Shown: piece by piece, positions 50,041 through 63,700 of the stretch
How positions within the stretch are numbered: position 1 is the stretch's first letter
How the letters are laid out: each line of letters begins with the position of its first letter
Source of the DNA: Nageia nagi
Taxonomy: Eukaryota; Plantae; Pinophyta
Assembly (NCBI GenBank): GCA_050084985.1
Contig: JBITNC010000001.1
Span: 5,270,001-5,334,000, forward strand
Direction: 5' to 3'
Length of the DNA: 64,000 nt
The notes under the pieces: generated by a model
Told to the model about the DNA's origin: nothing
The model's input: the letters and a program-made list of their open reading frames with translations, nothing else
Databases searched by the model: none
Program-made: the position numbers and the translations under genes

Positions 50041-53000
50041 ATATAGTACAAGCATAAGTAAACAATGACATGGAAGACGAAGAAAACATAATTATTCAAG
50101 AGGTAGAGGAGGAAGAGGGAGAACAATTGTTGCTATTGGAATAGGATGTGGAAGAACAATCAAAGAAATATTTAATGCTACAATTGTCATAAAATGGGCA
50201 CATTGTAAGAGATTGTAGAGTGAATACCATCAATTGACATAAAAGAGCTTACTATGTATATTAATATGAAGTTGCATAAGATCATTTATTTTTAACTAAT
50301 GACATCATTGTAAAAACCACTCAAGAAGTTTGGTATTTGAATTATGTTTGTTATAACCACATGAATGGAAAGAAAAAAATATTTGTTTAATGTGTGATAA
50401 TTTCAAGACCAAGATCATTCTTAGGAACACTAATGCTTTGTATGTGGTTAGAAAAATATACTACAAAGGTTGGCATTAAATAAGGTACAAAAATAATTCT
50501 TGATGTCTACTATGCTAAAAAATTGAAGAATAATTTCTTGAGTATTGGCCATCTTACAAAATAGAACTATAAGGTTGTGTTTGATAACAATAAATGCATT
50601 GTTTATAATGAGAATAATATGAATTATTTTGTCACCATTATTCTTCTATCAAATGGTGTGTGAACATGACACATTTGGCACTTAAAGATAAAATTGACTT
50701 TGGCATATCAGATTTGGTCTTTTTGAATTCTATGAGTTTGAAATTTTTGTCTTCATAAGACATGGTAAGTGGGTTACCCAATGTTAGAGAGCACAAAGGT
50801 TTATGAAAAATATGTTTGAAAAGCATGCAAGAAAGGAGTTCCCAAAAGGAAAATCATGGATGACCTCATACCTACTCTAACTTGTACATTCATATATTTA
50901 TGGACTTATGAAAACATAAATTTTGGGTAGGTATTCATATTTTATCACATTAATTGATGGTTTTTCAAGGAAATCTTAGGTGTATTTTTTGAAATATAAA
51001 GATGAAGCTTTTCACATGTTTAAGAATTTTAAAGTATTGGTTAAGAATGAAAGTGGTTATAGAATAAAGTGTTTGATAATTATACATGGAAGAGAATTTT
51101 TGTCAAATGAGATCAATGATTTTTGCAAACAATATGCCATAAAGAGGCAACTCACTACAACCTACCCACCAGAACAAAATGGGGTAGTTGAGAAAACTAA
51201 AATCATTATAGAAATGGAAAAATCATGTTGAAGAAAAAAAAATTGAGCAATTCTTATGGGTCTTATGGAGTTGATGCAATAATACATATTCTCAATAGAT
51301 GCTCCACAAGAGCATTTCATAATAATATTCTACTTGAAGCATGGTATGACACAAAACTAATTGTAATTCATTTGAGAATTTTTGTTTGTCTTGGTAATGC
51401 ACATATGACTGATGAAGTGGGACTGAGAAAGAAGTTTGACCCCAAGAGTGAGCCATGCATTTTTATAAGATTTTTTAAAACCACTAAGACATATAGATTG
51501 AATAATCTAAAAACTTATAAATTTTTAATCTCTAGAGGTGTAATTTTTGATGAAGAAGTTAATGAAATTGGAATTTCACTTTCAAATATTCCCTCGACTC
51601 CTCCAAGTCTAACTAGCATCCCAACAATAAGTTCAAATAAGACTACACCAATTTCTAATGCAAAAACCTCATTTGCAAGTCCCACCAAAAATCCAAATAA
51701 AGGAAAAAGGATGAGTTGGTAAATTATGTTCTACTTATTAAGCTAATTTGTAACCTTAGTATTTTGAAGATTCATGTATTAATGATGTGTCAGTGAAAGC
51801 AATGGATGAAAAAAATTCAATTTGTTGAAAGAATGAGACTTGGGAACTTGTGGAATTTCCAAGGAGAAGAATATTGTTGGATCCAATTGGGTCTACAAGA
51901 TAAATTTTAATAATGATGAAAGCATAGAAAGATATAAAGCAAGGATAGTTGCAAAAGGATTCACTCAAAGATATAGTATAGATTATGAAGAAACATTTTT
52001 GCTTGTTGCAAGATGAGAGACAATTTGGATGGTTCATTCATTGAAAACCAATAACCAATGGAAAAAATTTCACATGAATGTGAAATGTGCATTTTTGAAT
52101 GGTTATTTGGATGAGAAGGTTTATGTTGAACAACCTCAAGGTGTCGAAGTGGAAGGGAAATAAAATCATATTTACAAATTGAAGAAACAATTGTATGGAT
52201 TCAAGCAAACATCTAGAGCATGGTATTATAGAACTAATGGATACTTTCAAAATTATGGATTCAAGAAAAGTAAGAATAATCCCATACTCTACTTCAAGAA
52301 TCGAGATGATGATATTCTTCTTGTGTCCTTTATGTTGATGATTTGATAAATATGGGAAGCAATGCAAAAATGTTGAGTAATTTTAAGCATGCCATGATGG
52401 AAGAATTTAATATGAAAGATTTAGAACTGATATAATACTTTCTTAGTGTTGATGTACATCAAGGTGATGGCAAAAATTTCATTTATCAATTAAATTATGC
52501 AAAATATATGTTGAAAAATATGGCATGGAAAATTGTAAACTATTTTAGGCTCCTATGTAATATGGAGATGTGTTGTGTAGATATTATGTAGAAGAGACTA
52601 CTAATGAGAAAATGTTTAGAAGCATTATTGAGAGCTTAATGTTTCTCACTACAACAAGATCAAATATTTCATTTGCAATCTTATTTATATCAAGGTGTCT
52701 AAATCAACCTTGAAAAAACCACATGAGAGTAGCTAAGATAATCTTAAGATATATCAAAGGAATTTGAATTTTGGCATACATTATGATCATGATAACAAAA
52801 TAGGGCTTGTTGTATATAGTGACTCAATTTGAGAAGTTTCTTGTATGATAGAAAATAACCTTTTGAAAATAATTTTTCACATGGTTCAACAATGATAACA
52901 TGGAGCTCAAATAACTAAAGTATATTTATCATCTACAAAGGCAAAGTATGTTATAGCCACAATAACAAGTACATAAGCACTTTGGTTAAAAAAAGTACTT

Positions 53001-56000
53001 GAAGAAGTTGTATATGTTCAAAATAATACAACTACAATTTTTTGTGAGAACACAAGTGCAATCAAGATTACAAAAAATCCAATCCCTCATAGTAGAACCA
53101 AGCATATTGATTTGAAGGTTCATTTCATACAAGAATTTTGAAGATGAAAGTTGTATATTTGAAGTAATGCAACACCATACAACAAGTTGTAAACTTATTC
53201 ACCAAAAGGGTCAATAAAAATAATTTCTAAGATTGAGAGACAAAATTTTCTCACCACTCAACGTTAAGGGGGAGTTTGTTAGATATTGATGCAAACCAAT
53301 AAAGAGAATATCAAAATTTCTTTCATAAATTTGAAAAATTCAATAAGTTTTGAGAAGCATTAAAAAGTAACCATGACTATTCAATTACATAGAATGTGAA
53401 ATGAAGAGTCATAGCATCCATTTGTTTCTTGTAAGTGCACAACATTGCATTATAGATGTAATATGAGAAAGAGAATGTTAAACAATCCTTTGAAAATATT
53501 TTGAGTTTATTTTTAAGTTAAAACAACATTGTTTATTTATCCTTCTCTCAAAATCATGTGTCATCCCTAAAAAAATAGTAAACTTGGAGAGCTTATAGAT
53601 TTTGATTTATAGCTTAGTTTAGCATGTTTTAAAAACCCTTAATATTTAAGCATGTTGGAATGTATAATGCATTATTTTAAAGGGTTGTATTAAATATTCT
53701 ATGTAAATTCACTAATACTTAAGGGTATCATTTGATACCTTAAGTATTTAAGTGAATATGATAATGTAACTTATTCTACACTTCATGTCATGAGCATGCC
53801 CCTCGGTAAAAGAATGTACATGTCATAGTTTTATAATTGGATAAAAAAGTGATCCAAAGAGGGATTTCGGCCTATAAATAGAAGGCTCCCTCTTTGTGAA
53901 TATACACCAATTGTGAAGTAAAGATATGCTATATGATAGAAGTGTAGGAGTTGAGATTAGAAGAATTATAAGAGAGTTGTATTTGTGATTGAAGTAAAGA
54001 TCTAGTTAGTGGATGTACTCCTAGTTGGAGGAACCACTTCCATCTTGTGTTATCTTTGTGAGATTGCTTTATGTGATAGTTATATGTGAATTGAGAGCTT
54101 TCATGTGATCTTAGTAGTTTAAGATTGTTCTTTTTATAGTTCAATTCTCACATTTGGTATCAGAGCCCCTTGGAGGCTCCTCTTCACATCATTGGTTTGA
54201 AGGTTCCTCTTCAACTTTTTGGGAGATATTCATCCTTATTCATCATCTTTGGAGGTTTAATCTTCTTGTTTGAGGTAAAACAATTTAGAGGTATCACCCC
54301 TTACCTTTTTTTTTTTAAATAGTTCATTTTGATACTAACATTCTTTCATGATTATGTTAGTTCAACTCCTAGCAAACATTGCCTCAATAACATAATATAT
54401 TATTACTCATTTTGTTTGTTCTACTAACAATCTTTTATGTTAAGTGATTGGGCAATATTACATTAGGAAAAATATGCAATTTGTATACTAACATTTTTTT
54501 TATTAATTGTAATATTGTTATTATTTTCTTTTACATACCTTTTATTGTTTTGATATTAAGAGGTCTTTATATGTAAAAAGAGGGAATTGTTTTATTTCAA
54601 AGAATATTTTTGAAAGGTTTCTAAATATGCTTCTAATTAAAAAAAAAATGGGGTCAACTTAGGTAATTCTTTCCCAACTACATTACTCACAACATTTCAA
54701 CATTTTTGGGCATTATGTTTTTTTTTTGTGGGTTTGGTTTTGGGAGCAGTAGAATTAAGTAGTGATGTTCTCAATAGCTAATAATTGTGTGGGAATAATT
54801 TGCCATCCCCTCATTGTAGATAGATCTATTTATGGTACTTTTTACTACATTTTAAGGTCAAATGTGGATCCTAAAAGTAGTCCTAAGAAGTTAGTTTTTG
54901 ATTTCTCAAATTTGTGGGAAGGAATTCGAGTTAAGGAGGGGTTGGGAAGGCCATGGGATTATGGGAGTCTTCACATGCAATCAATTGCTAGTGTCTCTAT
55001 GTGGATTTTAGTGATAATGTGAAGAGAAAGGAGCTGGAGTTATTGATTGCTACAGTATTTACAATGGTTTTTGGGGTTGCAAATAAAGTTTTGAATAAAT
55101 TGGCCCATATTCCTCTAAAAAAAATTACCTGTTCTTTCTTGCATAGTTTGCCACTTTCAACCCAAAACCTTCTATAGTGCACAAAGTGTATTTTGCCTCC
55201 TTGGAAAGGCCCACTCACATGTTGGATTCTAATCCCATATTCTACTATAGTCCCCTCCTCATGTATTATGTTCTATAATTCACATGCTGAGTTTGGCTAG
55301 GGTTCTATGAGGACCTCTTTTTTGAAGGGTTACGAGGGAAAAGAGAACCTTCAAAAGGTAGATAGAGTATCCCACCTTGAGGCTGCACCACTAGGCACTC
55401 TTCTTCAGCTCTCCACTCTCCTCTTCTCTTATAGCTCCTCATCCCATAATCCTCTTCTTGAGATTCAATGGACTTATGTTCCCTCTTCCTCATATTCTAG
55501 CACCTTGTAGCTAGTTTGATGGCTAGTGGCCCTCTGAATGGTAGCCTCTACCTTCTGCCCTCTATTCAAAGAGCATGATGTGACCAAGCTCATCTCTCCA
55601 TCATTTCTTTCCTTTTTTTTTCAATTGCTTAGCTCTTTCTATAGTCTTTAGGCCAAAGTATAACTGAATGCCATTAGAAGTTGAATGTAATCCCATCAAG
55701 GAGCCACAGGGTCCAGTCAATGGCTAGTCGCCTGAATGTCTTATTGCTTGGATAGCTTTCCTTGCTACACCTCCTTTTCTACTCCCTTACTAGTGCCCTC
55801 TTGATCATGTAGTCTATCGCCTCTACTCATGGCTCATTTGCCACATCTAAATGCCATCCACACCCTTCTTGACCCCCCCTTGTCTCCTTTGCCCCTCTTT
55901 TTGATATGCATGATCTTCAACAGCTAGCTAAAAGCTCTATTTCTTCCTATGTGATTGGTTTCCTTTTTTTGTTTCTTATGGTAGCTTACCAACCCTCATT

Positions 56001-56524
56001 TATTAATGTCTAACTTAAAACAATTTCAGATTAAATTAAATGCTCTTCCTTTCTTGCATGCCTTCTTTTTTTTTGTACCCTTCATTCATTATTGCTGAGG
56101 ATTAATAATGAGTAAAGTACTAACCTTTTTTTTTTTAGATAATTTTATGGAGACTATTGTCTTTCCCTAAAGTTTTTTTTTTGTAAGCGTGGAGGATTAT
56201 TTTTATGCCATACTTTTTAATACTTTAATCAACCTACAATTAAGTATTTAAAAAAATAAATAAATAACAAAACTTAAGGTTTTTTGTTGACAAAATATCC
56301 CTTTCTTACTAAGTCTAATTTTTTTTATTGGCATTAATAATTTTTTAATTAAAATAGTAATGCATTTTTTTCTAATACTATTTTTAAGGGATCTTCATTT
56401 TTTTTTTAAAAAAAAAAAGGGGGGGGGGGATAATTTGTTAGCCAAAATTAGTATGCTATCTTAGAGGTTATTTTTTTAAAGTAAAAGGAGGGGGTAATTT
56501 TTTGTGAAATTCGTTTACTTTAAA

Positions 56525-56710
56525 ATTTTTAGGCACTTAAGTTTTTTTAAGTTAATAATGTTTTAATTAAATTTTTAAGTTAAAATATTTAGGATTTAAA
56601 TTTTTAAGTTAATAAATGGATGCTTAGTACTTAATTTTTTAAGTTAATGTTGCATGTTTAGGACTTAAATTTTTAAGTTAATGCTTAAGACTTAATTCCT
56701 TAAGTTAAAA
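56525..56710. repeat. AT-rich degenerate tandem repeat (core TTAA-T(n)-AAGTTAA) in the copia D leader
   Basis: About six copies of the TTAAGTTAA core at ~25-40-bp spacing. Confidence 0.7.
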
Positions 56711-59700
56711 GATGTATGTTGAGTATTTATCTTTCATACAAAGATAACTTATGCAAATTTTTTGAAATTAATACATGCTTATGCTTAAGTATTTCTTTTT
56801 TTTTTTGAAAAATTAACTTGTACAAAATTAGGATGAATGTAAAGATATCCTTTAGGGGTTGGTAAACAAAACCCATTGGACACTTAAGTTTCAAGTTATC
56901 GAATGGATGATAATTTTAACTTATGCTCTTTTATTTCATGTTTCGTACTTTGATTTATTTACTTATGCAAATAAAAATGCAAATATTGATATGAGCAACC
57001 CCCTAAAATGAACACATCCACATGTACATTTTGCAATATAACTTGTTTAGAGAGCTATAAGGTGAGGATAGGTAGACTGGAGCTTTTAAGTCCAACGATC
57101 CAAGTGGTGAAAAGTTTGTACTTATTAATTACCCATAAGTCCTCTGTTGGTCTGGACATAACTCTATTAGGTGGATAGACATGTTTGTAGTGATACCACG
57201 TGTCTGCACATCAATTCAAGGATTATCCTAATAACCTAAGAGAAAAACTTAAAACCTAATCAAGATTAATAATTTGACTAATCCAATAAATATCATAACA
57301 TTGAAAAATAGTAGGTACTTCTCCTTATAAAAAAGTATAATACTGACCAAGGTGATCTGGTTGAGAATTGGTAGTACTTGGGCTCCTCTTATGTGGGCAT
57401 CCAGGTGAAGGCCTAATTTTAGACAAAAAAATAACCTTCAATAATGTCACTCTACATCTACAATTTTTGAGATGAAAAATGTATTTGGGTACATATGTAA
57501 TTATTTGAATTGTAAAATATTTTCACTTGTGAGTCAAATCAAGCATATCTTTAGTGTTAAATGTAACATGTATTATTTACTTAGTTAAAACTTAACATTT
57601 AATGTTATTTATTGAAACCATATGCTTATTATTTCATATTTTTATGTAGCAAATGGGAGAATCTTTTTTACACAAAGATATTCTTGATGGTTCTAACTAT
57701 GGGATTTAAGAACCTCGAATGAGAGTTGAATTGCAAGCAAGAAAGCTTTGGCAAATAGTAAATGAGAACCTTGTACCTCCTACAGATGAGAAGGTACTAG
57801 AAGCTTACAACATAAAGAATGAGTTGGAAACCTCTATGATTTACCATGCAGTATCAGATGATGTGCTCCTATGATTGTTTCTTCAACATCGATAAAGGAA
57901 ACATGGGATAAGTTAAAGCAAATCTACCTTGGTTCAAACTTTTCAAGAAGATTTACCATACTTTAAAAGTTACTTCAATCTCATCAAGAGGAAAATGAAA
58001 ATATGGCTATTTACTTAAATAAAATCATTGACCTAAGGATCCAACTTATTTCTTGTGAGTGCAATTGGATCAATGATAAGTTCATGGTCTTCATCATTTT
58101 TCAAAACCTCTCTTAAAAGTTTGGAAACTTTATGATAGTTATGGAAATAAGGCTTGATGATGAAAAAGAAGTCTTCTCCCTTGAAAACCTTTTAAGGCAC
58201 CTATTGAAGCATGAGAAAACCTTTAACAATAAAGGGTTGATTTCTTCTCTTAAGGATAATAATGTTGCTCTTGGAGTAATAAAAACTCCTTTCAAAAGGA
58301 AGTTCAACCATCAAAAGAAATATTATCCTTCTTCCTCTAAAAGGTTTGAAAAAAGAGGTAATGGCTACAATAGCAATAGGAACAATTGAAATAACAATCA
58401 CAATAGTAAAAATAATAGCAACAATAAGTATTTCAAGCAAAGAGATGGAAAAGGCAAAGCAAACACTCCTTATCTTAAGAAAAAGTTTGATAAAAATTAT
58501 AACTATTGTAGCATTCAAGATCACGAAGAAGTTAATTGTTACAAAAAGAAAAGAGAGAAAAAGTACAAAGGTAATAAAAATATAAAGAACTAGAAAGGAA
58601 AAAAAATACTCATGCTAGTTTTGCTATGATGCTCTACTCCATGTCTCACTCTTTTTCATCTGAATGGATTGTTAACTCTACTTGCACTAATCATCTATGC
58701 TTTGAAAAAGAAAAGTTTGAGAACTTTCACAAGTATAATAAGGATGCAGTTGTGATAGGTGATAATTTTACCCTTGAAATCCAAGGAATTAGAAGTGTGC
58801 TAATTCATAAAAAATTCTTAAAAATGTTCTCTATATTCCTAAGTTAAGGATGAACCTTCTCTCTATGATCCAAATTGCTAGCAAAGGGTACTCTTTTGAG
58901 TTCACTCTCAATCTTGGTGCATTAAAAAAGGACTTGCCACTTTGGTTAAAGGATCAATGAAAGATAACCTCTACATTATAGATCAAGTTCTATCAAAGAT
59001 GTGTCTTGCTTCTAGTGTGTGTTCTAAATAAAATCTTTAGCACCATCATTTAGGGCACCTTCACCACAAGAGTATTCAAGTCATGAAATACCAAGAACTT
59101 GTGAAAGGTTTGCCTTCAATTTTTTCTTTAGTTGGTCTATGTGAGAAGTGCATTCTTGGTAAGATGCATAGACAAAATTTTGAAAAAGATAAGATAAAAA
59201 TAGCATCTTAATCTCTTCAACTTGTGCATTTAAATTTGATGGGTCCGTTTTAGACTAAGTCACTTGGAGAAGCATCTTACATCTTGACCTTCATTGATGA
59301 CTTTAGTAGGATGACCTTTAGGTATCTACTTGAGCATAAGGATCAAACATTTGAAAGTTTTAAAGTTTTTAAGGCTTTTGTTGAGAATCAAACTAACCTT
59401 AAAATCAAGATATTGAGATTAGATAATGGGAGAGAATATAACAGTAATGAGTTTAATGACTATTGTGCTAAGTATGGAATCAAAAGATAGTTTACAATTT
59501 CATACACTCTTCAACAAATTGGTGTTGCTGAATAGAAAAATAGAATAATTATGGAGGTGGCTAGATGCATGTTGGGTAATCTTCTTGAATTCTTGTGGGG
59601 TGAATCTATGAGCACTGCTATTTACACCTTAAATAGGTGTTCCATAAAAGCCATTTAGAGTAAAACTCTTTTTAAAGCATGGTCAGGAAGAAAACCTAAC

Positions 59701-61714
59701 ATTTTTTACCTTAGGGTGTTTGGTTGTGAAGCATTCTCCTACATTATTTCTAAGAAAAGAAAGAAGTTAGAAAAAAGAGCTAAAAAATACATCTTTGTGG
59801 GTTATAACAATTAACATAGAGGCTACAAGCTCTACTCTTTAGCCTATAAAGTAGTGTTTGTTTCAAGGGATGTAAAGTTTAATGAAATTTTTATAGAATT
59901 TGCTTCTAATAAGGATGTTGATGATCCAGAGGACTCTTCAGTTGCTCCTAACTAGTTGGATATTGATATAGATAAGTCACATCAGAAAAAAATTCTCCAA
60001 CATAAAGGGTAACAAGGAGCATGACCTTGAACAAATCCTTAATTACCAAGATTGATAACAAGCATGAGCCCTCAACCTTCAAAAAAGCTTCTAAGCACAA
60101 GTGCTAAATGGAAGCCATGAAAGTGGAGTATGAGGCACTTATGAAAAATAAAACTTAAGACTTGATTTATTATCTCAATGAAAAGAATGTGATTGGTAAT
60201 AAGTGGATCTACAAGGTCAAGTTTACTTCAATAAGAGATATTGAAAAATACAAAGCAAGGTTAGTATCTAAAAGTTTTGTTCATAAATATAATGTAGATT
60301 ATGAGGAAACCTTTGCTCTCATGGCAAAGATGTCTACTATGAGAGTTATCCTTGCTCTTTTTACAGCTCAAGGATGGAAAGTTTTTCAACTCAACATCAA
60401 GAGTGCATTTTTCAATGGTGACTTAGATATGAAAATATTCATGAATCAACTAGAAGGGTTTATTATTGAAGGTAAAGAGTTCTTTATATGCAAGCTAAAG
60501 AAATCATTGTATAGACTTATGCAAGCACCTCGAGCCTAGTATAGAAATATTTTAGGGTACTTTGCAAACATTGGATTCTCTAAATGCTTTTCTAAATTTG
60601 ATCTATATGTGCTCAATCAAATAAAATATGTGATATTGATACTCCTTTATGTGGATGATCTTTTGATTACTAGGAACAATGATGGAATCATTCAAGAGTA
60701 CATATTCAAACTTAAGGTAATATTTGAAATGATTGATATTAGTCTCTTGCACTACTATCTTGAAATGCAAGTGTATCAATATAAGGATTGTACTTACCTT
60801 AATCAATATAAGTATGTATCATACATCTTGCAGAAGTTTAGAATGGAGGAGTGTAGATATGTTGCAATCCTAGTCTCTCTTGGAATCACTATTTCTCTAA
60901 GGTCCAACTCTTAGTTAGTTGATGCTACAACTTATAGGCAATTAATTAATAATATTTTATATTTGACTATATCTAGGCTAGATATTACCTTTACAATGAA
61001 TCTAATGGCATGATTTATGCAAAAACCTTATGTTGAACACCTCAATGTTGTTAAGCAAATCTTGAGGTATGTTGAAAGGACTAAAGATCTTGCTTTCAAA
61101 TATTCCAAGTTACCCTCATTTATTCTCTTTGGATTCTTAGATTCTAACTATGGGAGAGATAGAGATGATAAGAATTCAACCTCTATATATGTGTTTAGCA
61201 TTAGTTAAAATGCTATGTATTGGACTTCCAAGAAGCAACCTACTATTTATCTTTCCACTATAGAAGCTGAATATCATGCCATGTCTATTGCAACCCAAGA
61301 ATCTATTTGGCTAAGGCATATTCTAAAAAAAATTAGGTATGACCAAGGTGGCTCATCTTTGATCTCTTCAGATAATCAGTTGGCTATTTTTTTGGCTAAG
61401 AATCTAGTGTTCCATTAGAGAATAAAACATATGAAAATCCATGCCCATTTTATCAGAGAGAAGGTTCTTGATGGCATCATACACCTAAAGTATTGTCCAT
61501 CCACCTCGAACTCCATTGATTTGTTCACTAAGCCCCTCCCAGAAGCTCAGTTCTATAAGCTTAGGGATGCTATCAGGTTGGTGAAGTTACCTTCAAGGGG
61601 GAGTGAAGTTTGAATTCTTATGTTAAATTTATGTTCATGATGATAAATTCACCCTTAGGAGGATTTTATGTTGTATAGTGTTGATTTTGTTGTACACTTT
61701 CATGGTAAGTTTGC

Positions 61715-61950
61715 TCTACATGAGGAACTTATTATACAAAGTGGCCAATCTAGCACTATTCAATTATCCATATGTGAGGAACTCTTGTGTGTATTTTAGC
61801 ACTATTCAGTTATCCATATGTGAGGAACTCATATGTGCATACTCTATATTTGGTCAATCTAGCACTATTTAGTTATCCATATGTGAGGAACTCTTATGTG
61901 TCTTTTGGAACTATTCAGTTATCCATATGTGAGGAACTCATATGTGTATA
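61715..61950 (+). repeat. Tandem array in the copia D 3' region; core ACTATTCAGTTATCCATATGTGAGGAACTC with alternating short and long units
   Basis: Four full cores plus one partial; linkers alternate between two related types. Confidence 0.9.
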
Positions 61951-63129
61951 GTATATTTTTTAATGATAATCAACATATGTTTTATATATAGCAGGTGACT
62001 ATAATTTTTTGCATGGCATCTTCATGATGACTTATAGTGTACCATTGATCAATTTATGATGGTATTTGTGTGATTCATATATTTTTGTTCATATGAATAT
62101 GATGCATCTAATTGATCTTGTTATTTGAGCTACTTATGACTTACAGGCTCCTTTGAGATTGCAGGTTACTTACCTCAAGTATGTAGGCTCTTGAAGACTC
62201 TTCATAACTTCCAATTGGATGACTATTTCATGTACATTGAAATCAATTATGATTAATTATTGTATTTAGCAAAGTAGTGAGTCTCAAACTAGATATTTTT
62301 ACTTTACAAATATGTAAAATATTCTCATCTTCATTGTATCTATTTGGAGGAGAACTCTCTTACTTTTTCTTCTTCTTCTCTCTTACTCTCTCTATCCCAA
62401 TATGGCATTGAAGGGGAGTGTTGGAATGTATAATGCATTATTGTAAAGGTTTGTATTAAATTTTCTATGTAAATTCACTAATACTTAAGGGTATCATTTG
62501 ATACCTTAAGTATTTAAGTGAATATGATAATGTAACTTATCCTACACTCCATGTCATGAGCATGCCCCTTGGGTAAAAGGATGTGCATCTTACGCTTTTG
62601 TACATTGGATAAAAAGGTGATCTAAAGAAGGATTTTGGCTTATAAATAGAAGGCTTCCTTTTTGTGAATATACACCAATTATGGAGTAAAGTTATGCTAT
62701 AGGATAGAAGTGTAGGAGTTGAAATTAGGAGAATTTTAAGAGAGTTGTATTTATGATTAAAGTAAAGATCTAGTTAGTGGATGTACTCCTAGTTGGAGGA
62801 ACCACTTACATCTTGTGTTATCTTTGTGAGATTGCTTTATGTGATAGTTAGATGTGAATTGAGAGCTTTCATGTGATCTTGGTAGTTTAGTATTGTTCTT
62901 GTTATAGTTTAATTCTCACAAAGCACATTCTAAGTAGTATAAACCCTTTATTTATTTATTATATTCACCTCTATCAATTAAGTCAAAATTGCATTTTTTG
63001 CAACTTTGATTGCTCTTTTCCTTTAGCTTACTAACTTCACAAAGATTAACCTAGTTGAATATGATAAGAATTATTTGATTATGGCTTTGGAGGAACCATT
63101 CATAGAGGGATAATTCATCTCTTCCCCCT

Positions 63130-63700
63130 ATTGAGAAATTGATAAGAATTTTAATCAAAGCCCTGATGGAGAGGCATGCATCTCCTATTCCTACAGATGA
63201 AAGAGTTCATAAAAGAAATAGGAAGTAAGGCTATTTTACCTATAATTTCCATTTGAAGTGAGCCAATAGGGGAAAATGGAAACCACTAATATCTAAATGT
63301 CTCCCTTCTAGGGTGAACAATTTCACCAAGGCCCTAGCACTTCATTCCATGGGTATGGAATATTTGCCACCATGTAGTTCAAAACATGTCTCTTGGGTAC
63401 CACTTCACTTGGATCAAGTAAGGTTTGGACCTCCTTTATGGTTGAGTGAATTTCTCTATAATACCTTACCCCTACATTAGCCATCTTTGTAGCCTATGAG
63501 ATCAGCTCTACACTAACACAAAATTGATGGCCATCAACTTTAACCTAACCCTCATCCTAGGAATCAACAACCTACATGGATGACTCTGATTTATGCCCAT
63601 ATAAGGCCTCTATAAAGCCTTTGATTTCCCCATTGTATAGGATTTCCTAGACTAGGGGGTCCTGCTTGAATTCACCTTCACTATTAGGATCGGTTCACTT
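63130..63700 (-). pseudogene. Second, diverged copy of the L1-associated extra ORF family
   Basis: Minus-strand translation with stops and frameshifts: EILYNGEIKGFIEALYGHKSESSM*VVDS*DEG*VKVDGHQFCV...IPYPWNEV/ARALVKLFTLEGR.../FHFPLLAH...PYFL...PLHQG. Same motif order as 48684-49270. Confidence 0.7.

Larger units (their letters stand above)
53653..62920 (+). mobile_element. Copia D: degenerate full-length Ty1/copia related to A; LTRs 53653-54152 and 62419-62920; 3.5-kb leader; gag-pol ~57653-61614
   Basis: Perfect TSD AAGCA (53648-53652 and 62921-62925); TG...CA termini; PBS 54155-54166; PPT GAAGGGGAG 62410-62418; integrase, RT (LLYVDD) and RH remnants collinear with A. Confidence 0.96.
40579..63041 (+). 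mobile_element. Copia E: old, highly degenerate Ty1/copia. 5' LTR ~40579-40986 (start missing); 3' LTR 53277-63041 split by copia D; gag split by an L1
   Basis: Decayed PBS TGATATCAAAAC at 40987; gag MANFNNSLPISKFNEQDYDYW...; integrase (PPEQNGVVE); RT/RH remnants at ~51800-53270; PPT AAGGGGGAG 53266-53274; LTR similarity between 40580-40986 and 53345-53640 plus 62926-63041. Confidence 0.88.

Noticed and set aside
57345-57420. Weak resemblance (GTAGTACTTGG) to 5S rRNA/Cassandra or a SINE head
   Set aside because: The match is too short; no further 5S boxes or TSD.
61715-61950. CRISPR-like look of ~30-bp repeats with spacers
   Set aside because: The spacers are short and related to each other, the array is in a copia 3' region, there are no cas genes, and the DNA is eukaryotic.
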